64,000 bases of DNA from assembly GCA_043718025.1 (NCBI GenBank), contig JAYSWN010000188.1, positions 1 through 64,000 of the forward strand, written 5' to 3'. The notes beneath the pieces were generated by a model, which saw nothing but the letters and a program-made list of their open reading frames with translations, searched no databases and had not been told where the DNA came from. Position numbers and translations under genes: made by a program. This DNA comes from Pseudomonadota bacterium (GTDB lineage: Bacteria; Bdellovibrionota; FAC87; UBA2466). This document shows positions 41,379 to 50,977 of this stretch, piece after piece (the stretch's first letter is position 1; every line of letters starts with the position of its first letter).

Positions 41379-43148
41379 TTACCGTTCCGCCGTTTTTTCT
41401 TTACCAGATGCGCGGCGCCCTTTTGATTTCTTGCCCGTCTTCTTGTTCGTTTCGCCTTCTGACTCGGAAGCATCATCGCCATCCACGATCGGTGCTTCTT
41501 CTTCGATGACCTGAAACTTGCCCTTTGATTTGGCAAGCTCCGCATCAGCCACAGCTTGATCCAGATGCACTTTGGCCTGACTGATGTCGCGTCCTAAAAG
41601 TTTGATTAGACCGTCTGAAGCCTTCTTTTTGCGCGACGCCGGTGCTTTGGCGATACGGCACAAACAGTCCACCAGAATGGGGCAAAACTGTTCAATGTGG
41701 CGCAGCTTTTCTTCCAGATCGGCTTCCCGATTTTCTTTTCTAATGTGCCGCGACAGGCGTTGTCCCGCTTGAATAAGGGCACGCCGAATCTCTTCAACCA
41801 GCTCATCGCTGGCGTCTACGGTCTCTTTCGAGGCATTTTTAAATTTAATAAACGGCGACACCAAACTTACGGCGATGACGTAAGGGCCTGACGGCACGCT
41901 TTCGCGGCTCTGGGCCAAGCCGTAAGTGCGCCAATTCACCGTTTCAATCGCTTTCACCATGGCGCAGGCCGCTTTGTCGAACTGAAGGGGTACGCGGTTG
42001 GCAAAACGCATTACCTGCGCCTGTTGCTCTTCCCCATCCGCGCCTTTTCCAGAAACCTTCAAACGGGCAATCGCCACTTCGATCACCACCGGTTTAGAGT
42101 CACAAATGGTAGGCTTGCGGGTCACCACCGCAAAAAAATCGACTTCGCCCAAACGACGAACGCTTTGCGAAAAGGCCGTTTCCCCGATCGTAATTACCGA
42201 TCGGGTGCTAGGGGCCATCAGCTCAGTCTTCTGCACGGCGGCAAAGACCTCTTTGAATTGAGCTTCATTCAGCTTGTCGATGGACTCATCGAGTAACTTT
42301 TTGTTCATCCCATTTTTGGTGAACTCTTGAACCACGTTGTCGCTAATGCGCGAAAAACCTTTTTTAAACCAGCTCTTCAGCGCCATTTTTCCAAACAGAT
42401 GGGAGTGAGCAATAAATTCGCCAAGCTTCATCGTATGCGGGTGTGGCTCAACGGCGTCAGGGATCGCAGGCACAACTTCAGACACCCGCTTAATCGTCTG
42501 CCACTCTTGCTCCGGCAACCGGTACTTTAGGGTGAGGTGGGGATTTACCAGCGTGGTTCCCAATAAATAAGAAATCAATCCGCCTTCGCCCTGCAGCTGA
42601 ATACGGCCGTCAATTTGAAACTCCACCGACACGCCCGAAGGGCGATCCCAGTCCACGTTCTTTTTATCGCGGATAATTCCCTTATTGTGTTTGATATCAA
42701 CTTCCACCGTCATCGAAACGGCCTGTTTCATCTTAGCCGTTTTGGTGATGACTTTAGCGCCGGTCGCGCTGGTGAGCTGGGCCCAAGTGGTGGCGGCAGA
42801 AATACCGATGCCCTGTTGACCACGCGAGCAGCGGCCCCGGCCAAATTTGGACGAAGCCAAATATTCGCCAAAAACCGACGGCACATCTTCAAGGGCCAGC
42901 CCCGGGCCGTTGTCTTCTACGAAAACGGACACTAGGTCCGTATTTTTCATCGTGCCCGCGCCCTTTTTCTTAATCTCAACGGTGAGCTCGGGCAGAATTC
43001 CCTCTTCCTCACAAGCATCGAGGGAGTTATCCACGGCTTCTTTCAAAGTGGTGAGCACCGCTTTGGTGGGCGAGGAGAAACCAACCTGTTGTAGGTTCTT
43101 AGAAAAATATTCAGCCGTACTGCTGGAGGTGATCTTTTGTTTGGCCAC
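41379..43148 (-). CDS. top6B: DNA topoisomerase VI subunit B
   Basis: AEYFSKN, KEAVDNSLDA, EDNGPG, SRGQQGIGISAA, NPH, RFANRVPL; start reset to GTG 43148 (RBS GAGG). Confidence 0.94.
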   Translation of the reverse strand: MAKQKITSSSTAEYFSKNLQQVGFSSPTKAVLTTLKEAVDNSLDACEEEGILPELTVEIKKKGAGTMKNTDLVSVFVEDNGPGLALEDVPSVFGEYLASSKFGRGRCSRGQQGIGISAATTWAQLTSATGAKVITKTAKMKQAVSMTVEVDIKHNKGIIRDKKNVDWDRPSGVSVEFQIDGRIQLQGEGGLISYLLGTTLVNPHLTLKYRLPEQEWQTIKRVSEVVPAIPDAVEPHPHTMKLGEFIAHSHLFGKMALKSWFKKGFSRISDNVVQEFTKNGMNKKLLDESIDKLNEAQFKEVFAAVQKTELMAPSTRSVITIGETAFSQSVRRLGEVDFFAVVTRKPTICDSKPVVIEVAIARLKVSGKGADGEEQQAQVMRFANRVPLQFDKAACAMVKAIETVNWRTYGLAQSRESVPSGPYVIAVSLVSPFIKFKNASKETVDASDELVEEIRRALIQAGQRLSRHIRKENREADLEEKLRHIEQFCPILVDCLCRIAKAPASRKKKASDGLIKLLGRDISQAKVHLDQAVADAELAKSKGKFQVIEEEAPIVDGDDASESEGETNKKTGKKSKGRRASGKEKTAER

Positions 43149-43291
43149 GTGCCTTCTCTTTGTTGTTAAACCAAGCCAATAAGACTCAAAAAAAGCCGGC
43201 GCCGTAGTTTTTGCGCGCCACTTCAGAACTAATGATACTCGAGAATAGGGTATCAAGGGGAAACGAGGCAAGCTCGCTCTCCCTCAAAAAT

Positions 43292-44575
43292 TTAACCGCG
43301 CTGAGTTAAAGGCACGAAAGAACGCTCTTTTTCGCCCACGTAGATCTGCCGAGGCCGACCAATCTTAGCGTTTGGGGCGTCGAACATCTCTTTCCACTGC
43401 CCGATCCAACCCGGTAAACGACCGATGGCAAACAGCACGGTGAACATATTTGTCGGAATTCCCATCGCCCGATAAATGATGCCGCTATAGAAGTCGACGT
43501 TCGGATAGAGCTTGCGCGAAACGAAGTAGTCGTCTGACAACGCCGCCTCCTCAAGCTTCTTCGCGATTTCCAACAGCGGATCGTGCACGCCCATTTTGTT
43601 CAAAATTTCATCACAGGCCTTCTTGATAATGGTCGCGCGGGGGTCAAAGTTTTTGTAGACGCGATGGCCAAAACCCATCAAGCGAACCCCGCTTTCGCGC
43701 TTTTTCACCCTATCCACGAAACGAACTACGTCGCCCCCACCCTCATTTTTAATAAATTTGAGCATCTCAACCACTTCTTGATTGGCGCCGCCGTGCAGCG
43801 GACCCCACAAAGCTGAAATTCCGGCAGATACCGAGGCGTAAACGTTGGCGCGGCTGCTCCCGACCAACCGGACGGTGGAAGTACTGCAGTTCTGTTCGTG
43901 ATCGGCGTGCAAGATCAACAACAGGTCAAGCGCCTTTGCTACCGTGGTATCAACGCGATAATCCTCAGCCGGAACGCCAAACATCATCTTCATGAAGTTG
44001 GCCGAATAATCGAGCGCATTGGTTGGATAAACAAACGGCTGGCCGATCGATTTTTTATACGAGAACGCCGCAATCGTGGGCAACTTGGCCAGGAGGCGGA
44101 ACATCGACAGGGTACGCCCGTCCTCCGTATCCCCTTCATTCTGATAAAAAGTAGATAGCGTGTTTACCGCTGACGAGAGAGTGGCCATGGGATGGGCATC
44201 GCGGGGGAAACCATCGTAAAATCGTTTCATGTCCTCGTGGATCATGGTGTGGCGGGTAAGTTGATTGGTAAACGCGCTCAATTCATTTACCGTGGGTAAC
44301 TTTCCGTAAATGAGCAGATAGCTAACTTCGGTAAACGATGCCTTTTCGGCGAGTTGTTCAATCGGATAACCGCGGTAACGAAGAATGCCCTTTTCCCCAT
44401 CGAGAAAGGTGATGGCACTCGAGCAGGCGCCGGTGTTCATGTAACCGTTGTCTAATGTGACGTATCCGGTCTGGGCGCGGAGAGTGGTGATGTCTACTGC
44501 TTTTTCGCCTTCGGTTCCTTCCACAATCGGTAGTTCGTAAACCTTGTCACCAATGGTCAATTTAGCCGTAGTCAT
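43292..44575 (-). CDS. gltA: Citrate synthase (type II)
   Basis: LRYRGYPIEQL, HADHEQNCST, LWGPLHGGAN, GFGHRVYK, YPNVDFYSG. Confidence 0.98.
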   Translation of the reverse strand: MTTAKLTIGDKVYELPIVEGTEGEKAVDITTLRAQTGYVTLDNGYMNTGACSSAITFLDGEKGILRYRGYPIEQLAEKASFTEVSYLLIYGKLPTVNELSAFTNQLTRHTMIHEDMKRFYDGFPRDAHPMATLSSAVNTLSTFYQNEGDTEDGRTLSMFRLLAKLPTIAAFSYKKSIGQPFVYPTNALDYSANFMKMMFGVPAEDYRVDTTVAKALDLLLILHADHEQNCSTSTVRLVGSSRANVYASVSAGISALWGPLHGGANQEVVEMLKFIKNEGGGDVVRFVDRVKKRESGVRLMGFGHRVYKNFDPRATIIKKACDEILNKMGVHDPLLEIAKKLEEAALSDDYFVSRKLYPNVDFYSGIIYRAMGIPTNMFTVLFAIGRLPGWIGQWKEMFDAPNAKIGRPRQIYVGEKERSFVPLTQRG

Positions 44576-44636
44576 AGAATCTCCTGCCTCGCTTTTGCCT
44601 ACCGCTTATCACAGAAAGATTCCCGTTGGCGACCGG

Positions 44637-45467
44637 TCAGCGTTTTTTAGCCGCTTTAGCCAAGCGGCTGGCGCGTTTGGTGGCCTGCACCACCGCCTTA
44701 ATCAGGGTAACGCGAAGCTTACCCTCTTCCAACTCCATGAGCCCATCGATGGTGCAGCCGGCGGGAGTGGTGACTTCGTCTTTCAACGCCGCAGGATGGC
44801 GGCCTGTGTCGAGCAACATTTTTGCGGCGCCCAAAACAGTTTGCGCGGCAAGCTGGGTGGCCATGTCCCGGGGTAAGCCCACCTTGATTCCGCCGTCCAT
44901 CAGAGATTCAAGCACCACGTAAATGTAGGCCGGGCCACAGCCACTTAGGCCGGTAACCGCGTTCATGTGCCTTTCTTCAACTTGGATGATTTTCCCCAAA
45001 GGCTTAAAAAGCATTTCGGTGCGTTGCCAATCACGCTCTGACGCGTGGGCCCCCAAACAGGCCGCGGTAATTCCAGCCCTTACGAAGGCCGGGGTGTTGG
45101 GCATAGCCCGAACGACTGCAGCATTTTTTCCTAACGCCTCCTCCAGGCTTGCGGTGTCGATACTGGCGGCAATGGAAATAAGTGTTTTATCCTTCGCAAA
45201 GTGCCGGCCAATCTTTTTCAACACCTCGGCCGCCCCTTGGGGCTTAACCGCCAGAACAATAATATCGCACTGCTTTACCAGCGCCTCATTGTTAGCCACG
45301 GGAGTGATTTCAAGCTCACGGGCCGCCGCCTCTCGGCTTTCGGGATGCGCGGTCGTAAAAAAAATGTCGTGACGGCTAACCGTCTCCGATTCAATTAACC
45401 CCTGGACCATGCACCGGCCCATGCGCCCTAACCCTAGAATTCCAATTTTTTGTTTTTGAGCAGCCAT
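44637..45467 (-). CDS. proC: Pyrroline-5-carboxylate reductase
   Basis: GLGRMG, LAVKPQ, RAMPNTP, TGLSGCGPAY, LKDEVTTPAGCT. Confidence 0.96.
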   Translation of the reverse strand: MAAQKQKIGILGLGRMGRCMVQGLIESETVSRHDIFFTTAHPESREAAARELEITPVANNEALVKQCDIIVLAVKPQGAAEVLKKIGRHFAKDKTLISIAASIDTASLEEALGKNAAVVRAMPNTPAFVRAGITAACLGAHASERDWQRTEMLFKPLGKIIQVEERHMNAVTGLSGCGPAYIYVVLESLMDGGIKVGLPRDMATQLAAQTVLGAAKMLLDTGRHPAALKDEVTTPAGCTIDGLMELEEGKLRVTLIKAVVQATKRASRLAKAAKKR

Positions 45468-45546
45468 AAGTTTTTAAGAAGCTCCATTTTAGCATGAACT
45501 TGATAAAAACCGGCGGTTGCGGCATACCATCCCTTCCACTTCAAGG

Positions 45547-45623
45547 GGGCGGATAGCTCAGTTGGTTAGAGCACCTCGTTTACACCGAGGGGGTCCACGG
45601 TTCGAGCCCGTGCCCGCCCACCA
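45547..45623 (+). tRNA. tRNA-Val (TAC)
   Basis: GGGCGGA...CCCGCCC-ACCA, D-arm TAGCTCAGTTGGTTAGAGC, CCTCG-TT-TAC-AC-CGAGG, CACGG-TTCGAGC-CCGTG; A7-C66 mismatch. Confidence 0.95.
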
Positions 45624-45673
45624 CTTTCACTCCCCTAGTCACCAACCGACAAGAGCCCAAGAGCCAGCCTTTT

Positions 45674-46693
45674 TTAGTCCAAGTGGCCCAACGGTTTTTG
45701 GTTCTTTTCAATAGGAAGCAAGAACGACAAACCGTTTAGGATGGTTTCGGCACCCTCCACCTCTTTTTTCTCCCCCCCGGCGAGTTCGATCCACATGTCT
45801 TTGTCATTGGCGGCGCGAACTAAGTAGACCAACCGGTGTCCGTGAAGGTCATCAGTCGTACAGCGGAGCGAAAAGCGTTTTTTAAATCTATCGGTCGAGA
45901 GGCACTCTCGTGTTCTCTTCATATTCGTCCAAACCTCTGCGTTGTGAGGAAAAAGAGTAAATATGACCGTCACCCGCGACCTCTCACCGTCAAGTGACCC
46001 GGCAATATAAGCCGCGAGCACTTCAGAAGTTAGCTCCGGGAAGGTTCCTAATCGAACCTCTTTATTCACCGAAAAACGACCCGCATCGAAATTTACCGTA
46101 GCCACTTCACCTAACTTCACAAAATTTTCAACCCGATTTCTGGCCTCGGGCACCGACTTCAAGGTTTGCGCACCAACTCCGCCGCCCTGAAAAGACTCTG
46201 AAATTGGCGCAAACATCGCCTTGGTGGCAGCCGTCGCCAACACTTCGGCGCGCACTAATGATCTTTTTGTGGTTACGAAAAAGTAAGTCGCCGAATAAAC
46301 GCCGTCGCCCTCGGATACCGATTTCACGCCAATGCTTCCGTTGATCGTCACTTTCTCAAAGCGTCGTCCCGGCGCCTCAATGCGTGAGAAGATCATGAGG
46401 TCGTCGGCAGTTCCCGCCTGGGTTCCAGGCGTGATTATGAATTTTACCGATGACACAGGTTCATTCGTGCCGGCCCGGCGTAGAACCGCAGCCGTGGCGC
46501 CAGGTTTTTCGTTTGAAATCGTTACCTGCGTTTTGTCGGGGCTTTCTTTTACCGTCAACGACTCATGATACTGAACTTCAAACCCAAAGTCGGATTGGTA
46601 CTTCTTTAGCCCATTGCCGACGTGAACGCCGCAGCCGCCTAAAGCGACGATTGCGAAACCAATTAACCATCTATTTTTTTTCACTTGCTTCAT
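45674..46693 (-). CDS. Hypothetical lipoprotein
   Basis: Lipobox LGGC then GVHVGNG; Y.SDFGFEV.Y resembles the start of a PsbP-like fold; ATGA overlap with upstream gene. Confidence 0.7.
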   Translation of the reverse strand: MKQVKKNRWLIGFAIVALGGCGVHVGNGLKKYQSDFGFEVQYHESLTVKESPDKTQVTISNEKPGATAAVLRRAGTNEPVSSVKFIITPGTQAGTADDLMIFSRIEAPGRRFEKVTINGSIGVKSVSEGDGVYSATYFFVTTKRSLVRAEVLATAATKAMFAPISESFQGGGVGAQTLKSVPEARNRVENFVKLGEVATVNFDAGRFSVNKEVRLGTFPELTSEVLAAYIAGSLDGERSRVTVIFTLFPHNAEVWTNMKRTRECLSTDRFKKRFSLRCTTDDLHGHRLVYLVRAANDKDMWIELAGGEKKEVEGAETILNGLSFLLPIEKNQKPLGHLD

Positions 46694-47565
46694 GCGTCTG
46701 TTCCTTTTACGACCGGAAACGTTAAGGGGAAAAATTGAATGTTGAGTTGGTACACTTCGTTGGCTTCGCTCTGGTGTTTGTCGAGCAAAGCATCGATGTT
46801 TTCGCGAAACTGCCGAATCAGTTGTTTCACCTCATCTAACTTGTTCAGCGGCAGACCAACCGTAAGACCGGTGATTTCGCGAATTTCTTGCGGTAACTCT
46901 AAGGCCCGAGCCGAAAGTTCAATCATGCGCCGGTGATACTGACGCACCGAAAGGTGGCGCACCTCGTCGCCGGTTTTTAATACCGTGCCCGAGGTCTGTA
47001 CCAACGTGCCGTTCTCATCCTTTAAGAGTTCGAGATCCAGCATATTGCCGATCGCGTCTTCAATATTCTTAGCCGAAATGTAACGCCCCAGCCGCTGCGA
47101 AAGCCAACTAGGGTCGCGGCGAAAATGGGGCAAACCAACCAGCACGTAAATCACGCTGTAGTACCAGCGCGCGATAAACTCGTACTGCTTCACCTCGAGG
47201 TGTTTTGCTTGTGCCAAATGCTTGATGTAAAAAAGTTCTTCTTTCAAAGCCATTCGCCCTTCCGAGTCTTTAGCCCGGGTGAGTGCCGACAATGCTTTTA
47301 GATACCTCTTACGGTTCCCCACCAGCTTGAGGTAACGCATCAGCTTATCTTCGACCTCTTCGCTGATCGACCGTTTTCCGCGCATCACCAGGCTGAGCGT
47401 GGCCGGTGATTTCAACCCCGACCACTGAGTGAAGGAGCGTAGGCTCTTGCCCGAACGCGCCTTTTCATCGATGACGGCGCGAAGATACTCGGCCGCCGAA
47501 CCAAAATTCAGCACATCGATTTCGGCTCGCACTGCCGCAACGGGGTTTGTACTTGAGGAGATCAT
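46690..47565 (-). CDS. TIGR02147/DUF4423-like protein with N-terminal HTH
   Basis: SLRSF..GLKSPATLSLVMRGKR, WYYSVI, VRQYHRRMIELS..AL, REITGLT, VYQLNIQFFPLT; start at ATG 47565 preferred (ORF track 47619). Confidence 0.85.
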   Translation of the reverse strand: MISSSTNPVAAVRAEIDVLNFGSAAEYLRAVIDEKARSGKSLRSFTQWSGLKSPATLSLVMRGKRSISEEVEDKLMRYLKLVGNRKRYLKALSALTRAKDSEGRMALKEELFYIKHLAQAKHLEVKQYEFIARWYYSVIYVLVGLPHFRRDPSWLSQRLGRYISAKNIEDAIGNMLDLELLKDENGTLVQTSGTVLKTGDEVRHLSVRQYHRRMIELSARALELPQEIREITGLTVGLPLNKLDEVKQLIRQFRENIDALLDKHQSEANEVYQLNIQFFPLTFPVVKGTDA

Positions 47566-47723
47566 ATAAATGAGTGCCAGGCTTATACTCCATAACACCC
47601 ACTTAACGCAATGCAGCATTGTTTATACTTGTGCCTGCCCTTACCGCTTAAGTTTCAAATAACTTATTTATTTTCAATTAGTTAAACTAAAAAAGTGTTT
47701 CGGCTGCTCTCTTTGCACGGTCT

Positions 47724-48371
47724 TTAGCGAAACGCTTGGGTGATGGCTTCCGTGGCCGGTATCACGATGCCCGCAGGTAACCTTAACGAGCCGTCTTCAA
47801 CGTAGAACTGATTGTTGGCGTAATCATTCACCCACAGGGCCTTCAGATTTTTCGCCTTTAGGGTGGTCACCAGCTTGGCCGTATCGGCGAGCAGAAGATC
47901 TAAGATCGCGATCTGAGACGGCGAAAAGGAAACTGTCCGCTGGCTCAACCTGACTTCGAGATCAATCTCGCTGGCCGTAAGCGCCTTTCGCAAGGCTTGC
48001 CCGCGCTCCACTATCGCCTTCAAAGTGTTGATCGGCTCAGGGAGTGATTCAGATCCGCTAATTTTATCGCCCACTACATTTCCGCTAGAAAACTGGGTGC
48101 CGTTAAAGCTGTAATCGGCCCGCTTTACATCGCCCAGATAGTTGCGCACAAACGCGGCGTTGGTGCCGTAACCCTCTTTTTGTAACGTATAGAGCCCTTT
48201 ATCGGGGGTTACGACAAAGTAAGGCACTTGGGCGGCCTTCATGAGTTCGCTGGTGGACTGGTAAACGCCCACCGCCGCCTCCAGTTTTTCAGCTGGTTTT
48301 AGTTTCCCGCAGCCCACCATGGCAAAAAGGGAAACGATTCCGATCACTAGGTAATTGATATTTGTTTTCAT
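47724..48371 (-). CDS. Hypothetical lipoprotein
   Basis: RBS GGAG; lipobox MVGC. Confidence 0.72.
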   Translation of the reverse strand: MKTNINYLVIGIVSLFAMVGCGKLKPAEKLEAAVGVYQSTSELMKAAQVPYFVVTPDKGLYTLQKEGYGTNAAFVRNYLGDVKRADYSFNGTQFSSGNVVGDKISGSESLPEPINTLKAIVERGQALRKALTASEIDLEVRLSQRTVSFSPSQIAILDLLLADTAKLVTTLKAKNLKALWVNDYANNQFYVEDGSLRLPAGIVIPATEAITQAFR

Positions 48372-48445
48372 AAGTTCTCCGTGTTGGAGGTCTTATAGAA
48401 AATGTTGAAAGGCACCACGATGAAGAAAGTTGAAATGAGCACGTT

Positions 48446-48467
48446 AGTGTTTAGCCGGCGAAACACT
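48446..48467. promoter_or_regulatory. 22-bp near-perfect palindrome, candidate operator
   Basis: AGTGTTT-A-GCCGGC-G-AAACACT; no U-tract; half-site AGTGTTTCG also at 47694. Confidence 0.45.
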
Positions 48468-48501
48468 TAAGCCTTGGGCGATTTTACCAGGCAAGTAGCG
48501 A

Positions 48502-49797
48502 TTACTCCTTCGCGGGAGTGACGAGTCGGGCGCCCCGTTGCGAAAAAAAGTAGGACCAGGCCCATTCGACAAGCACCACGATGCGATTTCTAAAACCGAT
48601 CAAATAGAAAATGTGAACAAATAGCCAAGCGATCCAAGCGACTAGGCCGGTGAGCCTTAACGAGCCTACCTCTGCCACGGCGGCTGATTTTCCGATCGTC
48701 GCCAGGTTGCCTTTGTTGAAATAGCGAAAGGGTTTTGAAATAGATCTACCCCGAATCAAACTCTTAATTGCCAAGGCGGCATAATGCCCTTGTTGCATGG
48801 CAACGGGAGCCACGCCCGGAAGGGAGATCCCCTTGTCATCGAGAACGCACGCTGTATCGCCGACTACAAAAATCTCGGGGTTGCCGGGAACCTGTAGGTA
48901 CTCGTTCACTATTACCCGTCCGCCCCGATCGGCCTCAACGTTAAGCCACTTCGCGGCGGGCGACGCCATCACTCCGGCCGTCCATAAAATAGTACGCGCG
49001 TAGAGTGTTTCCTGCGCCAGCCTGACTACGCCCTCTTCAATCTTCTCAACCCGCGTACCTTCTCTAATCACTACGCCCAAACGTTCTAAGTCTTGCTTGG
49101 CACGTTCGCTCAAGCTTTCGGGAAACGCCGCGAGAATCCGTGCACCAGCTTCGATCAAAGTGATTCGCACGTCGCTGGGCTTGATCCTGCGAAAGTCACG
49201 GCTCAACGAGATTCGTGCGAGCTCAGAAATGGCGCCGGCCATTTCAACCCCCGTAGGCCCTCCCCCCACTAAAATAAAATGAAGTAATACCGAGCGGCGC
49301 AGCGGATCGTCTTCGGTTTCGGCGTCTTCAAACGCCAACAATATTTTTTGCCGAATCGACGTCGCGTCCGGAATTGATTTAAGTCCAGGGGCAAAGGGTT
49401 GCCATTCATCGTGCCCAAAATAGGTTCCGCGCGCCCCGGTGGCCACCACCAAATAATCGTAGTCGATTTGTCTCTCTTGCTCGGAAACCAGCGCCGTTAT
49501 TTTGCGGCTAGTCCTGTCGATTCCCTTTACGTCTGCTAACAACACGCGCGTGTTTTTCTGACCGCGAAGCACGCTACGAATTGGCATCGCAATTTCGGCC
49601 GGCGATAGAGTTGCGGTAGCCACCTGGTAAAGGAGAGGCTGGAAAAGATGGTGGTTCTTCTTGTCCACCACCACGATTTCAGCCGGTAAATTTTTCAGGT
49701 CTCGCGCGCAGTTTATGCCCGCAAAACCAGCGCCTAAAATGACCACTTTCGGAGTTTTCACATCGCAGAGACTATCGCCAAAAGTTACAATTGCCAC
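48502..49797 (-). CDS. ndh: Type II NADH dehydrogenase (NDH-2)
   Basis: ILGAGFAG, HLFQPLLYQVAT, VGGGPTGVEMAG, FVVGD, APVAMQQG, KGNLATIG; start may be GTG 49761. Confidence 0.93.
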   Translation of the reverse strand: MAIVTFGDSLCDVKTPKVVILGAGFAGINCARDLKNLPAEIVVVDKKNHHLFQPLLYQVATATLSPAEIAMPIRSVLRGQKNTRVLLADVKGIDRTSRKITALVSEQERQIDYDYLVVATGARGTYFGHDEWQPFAPGLKSIPDATSIRQKILLAFEDAETEDDPLRRSVLLHFILVGGGPTGVEMAGAISELARISLSRDFRRIKPSDVRITLIEAGARILAAFPESLSERAKQDLERLGVVIREGTRVEKIEEGVVRLAQETLYARTILWTAGVMASPAAKWLNVEADRGGRVIVNEYLQVPGNPEIFVVGDTACVLDDKGISLPGVAPVAMQQGHYAALAIKSLIRGRSISKPFRYFNKGNLATIGKSAAVAEVGSLRLTGLVAWIAWLFVHIFYLIGFRNRIVVLVEWAWSYFFSQRGARLVTPAKE

Positions 49798-49851
49798 GCC
49801 GCATCTCCTCAGGCTACCTCAGTCACACATGGTGTGGTTGGAGGAGAAAAA

Positions 49852-50916
49852 ATGTTCAAAGTTATATTCCTAATGATGGCCGTCGCAGTGGCTTCGCCCG
49901 CGGAGCACGTAAAGTATGAGGTAAGCCAACAACAGTTTAATCAGCTACTAGAAATGACGGCACACCTTAACGATATGGCCGCCGCCATTGAAAAGGACTT
50001 TGGATCAAACGAAGTCATGCCGCGCGAGCGCGACCGCCGCGATTTCAAGCGCGACATGGGCGATCTTAAAAACCATTCAACCCAAACAGTGGCACGCTGG
50101 ATCGACAGAGTGAAAAAGAGTGATTTTATTCCGCCCGTGGTGACTCCGCTTTTGCCGGCTCCGGCTCCGAACGATGTCACGCTGACTGAAACCTTCGTTC
50201 AAACGTCTGGCTTTTCCACTTTCTATGCTGCGGATTTCAATGGAGCCGCAACCGCCATGTCTGCTCAGTGCGCGGAATGGCGAGAAACCGTGAAAAAAAA
50301 TACGCTGGGTAGCGTAACCATTGCTCAGTGTTCGGGCCCCGAACAAGTGAAGTTGGAAGACGGTAACATTGGGGCCAAAGTCACCGGCCAGATCAAGTTA
50401 TCTTTTGCTCAATATTCGGGCTACGTCGCCGTAAAATCAGTTTCGGCTACGTTTTCGAACAACTCCGGTTTTGGCACTTACTACGCGGGGGACTTCGGAA
50501 AAGCCGCAGCCAATTCAAAACGGCAATGCGGCGAGTGGGTTTCCGGAGTTCGGGCTCAGTCGCAAGGATTAATTCTCTATACTTCGTGCGGTGGCACTCA
50601 GACGGTAAAAGGCTTGGGTGGTAATTTGCACGCCTCAGTAACGGGAACGGTAACTTACACGCATCGTCCCTCTAAGTCTGAAGCCAATGTGTTGAATCAA
50701 CAGTTCACAAACAACAGCGGTTTTTCGACTTATTACGAAGGGGACTACAATAAAGCAGCGGCGGCGTCTCGTGCGCAATGCCAGGCGTGGATTGCCGATA
50801 CGATCAACAATTCGTCGGCGCTTCCGGTTTTCGCCAGCTGCGCGGGACCTGAGCCGGTGATGAATTCGAATCTATACGCACGTTATAGCGGACAGGTAGT
50901 TTTGCTTCCGAAATAG
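49852..50916 (+). CDS. Secreted protein with three tandem ~85-aa Cys-pair repeats
   Basis: RBS GGAGGA, signal peptide; repeats F..(T/N)SGF.T(F/Y)Y..D(F/Y)..AA.....QC..W...C.G. Confidence 0.78.
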   Translation: MFKVIFLMMAVAVASPAEHVKYEVSQQQFNQLLEMTAHLNDMAAAIEKDFGSNEVMPRERDRRDFKRDMGDLKNHSTQTVARWIDRVKKSDFIPPVVTPLLPAPAPNDVTLTETFVQTSGFSTFYAADFNGAATAMSAQCAEWRETVKKNTLGSVTIAQCSGPEQVKLEDGNIGAKVTGQIKLSFAQYSGYVAVKSVSATFSNNSGFGTYYAGDFGKAAANSKRQCGEWVSGVRAQSQGLILYTSCGGTQTVKGLGGNLHASVTGTVTYTHRPSKSEANVLNQQFTNNSGFSTYYEGDYNKAAAASRAQCQAWIADTINNSSALPVFASCAGPEPVMNSNLYARYSGQVVLLPK

Positions 50917-50941
50917 GTTTCGAAAGAAAATCGTAAATTGG

Positions 50942-50977
50942 AGAGCCGGTGCCTTGATAAGGAATCGGCTTTTTTTA
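50942..50977 (+). terminator. Rho-independent terminator between convergent genes
   Basis: AGAGCCGGTGCCTT-GAT-AAGGAATCGGCTTTTTTT. Confidence 0.6.
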
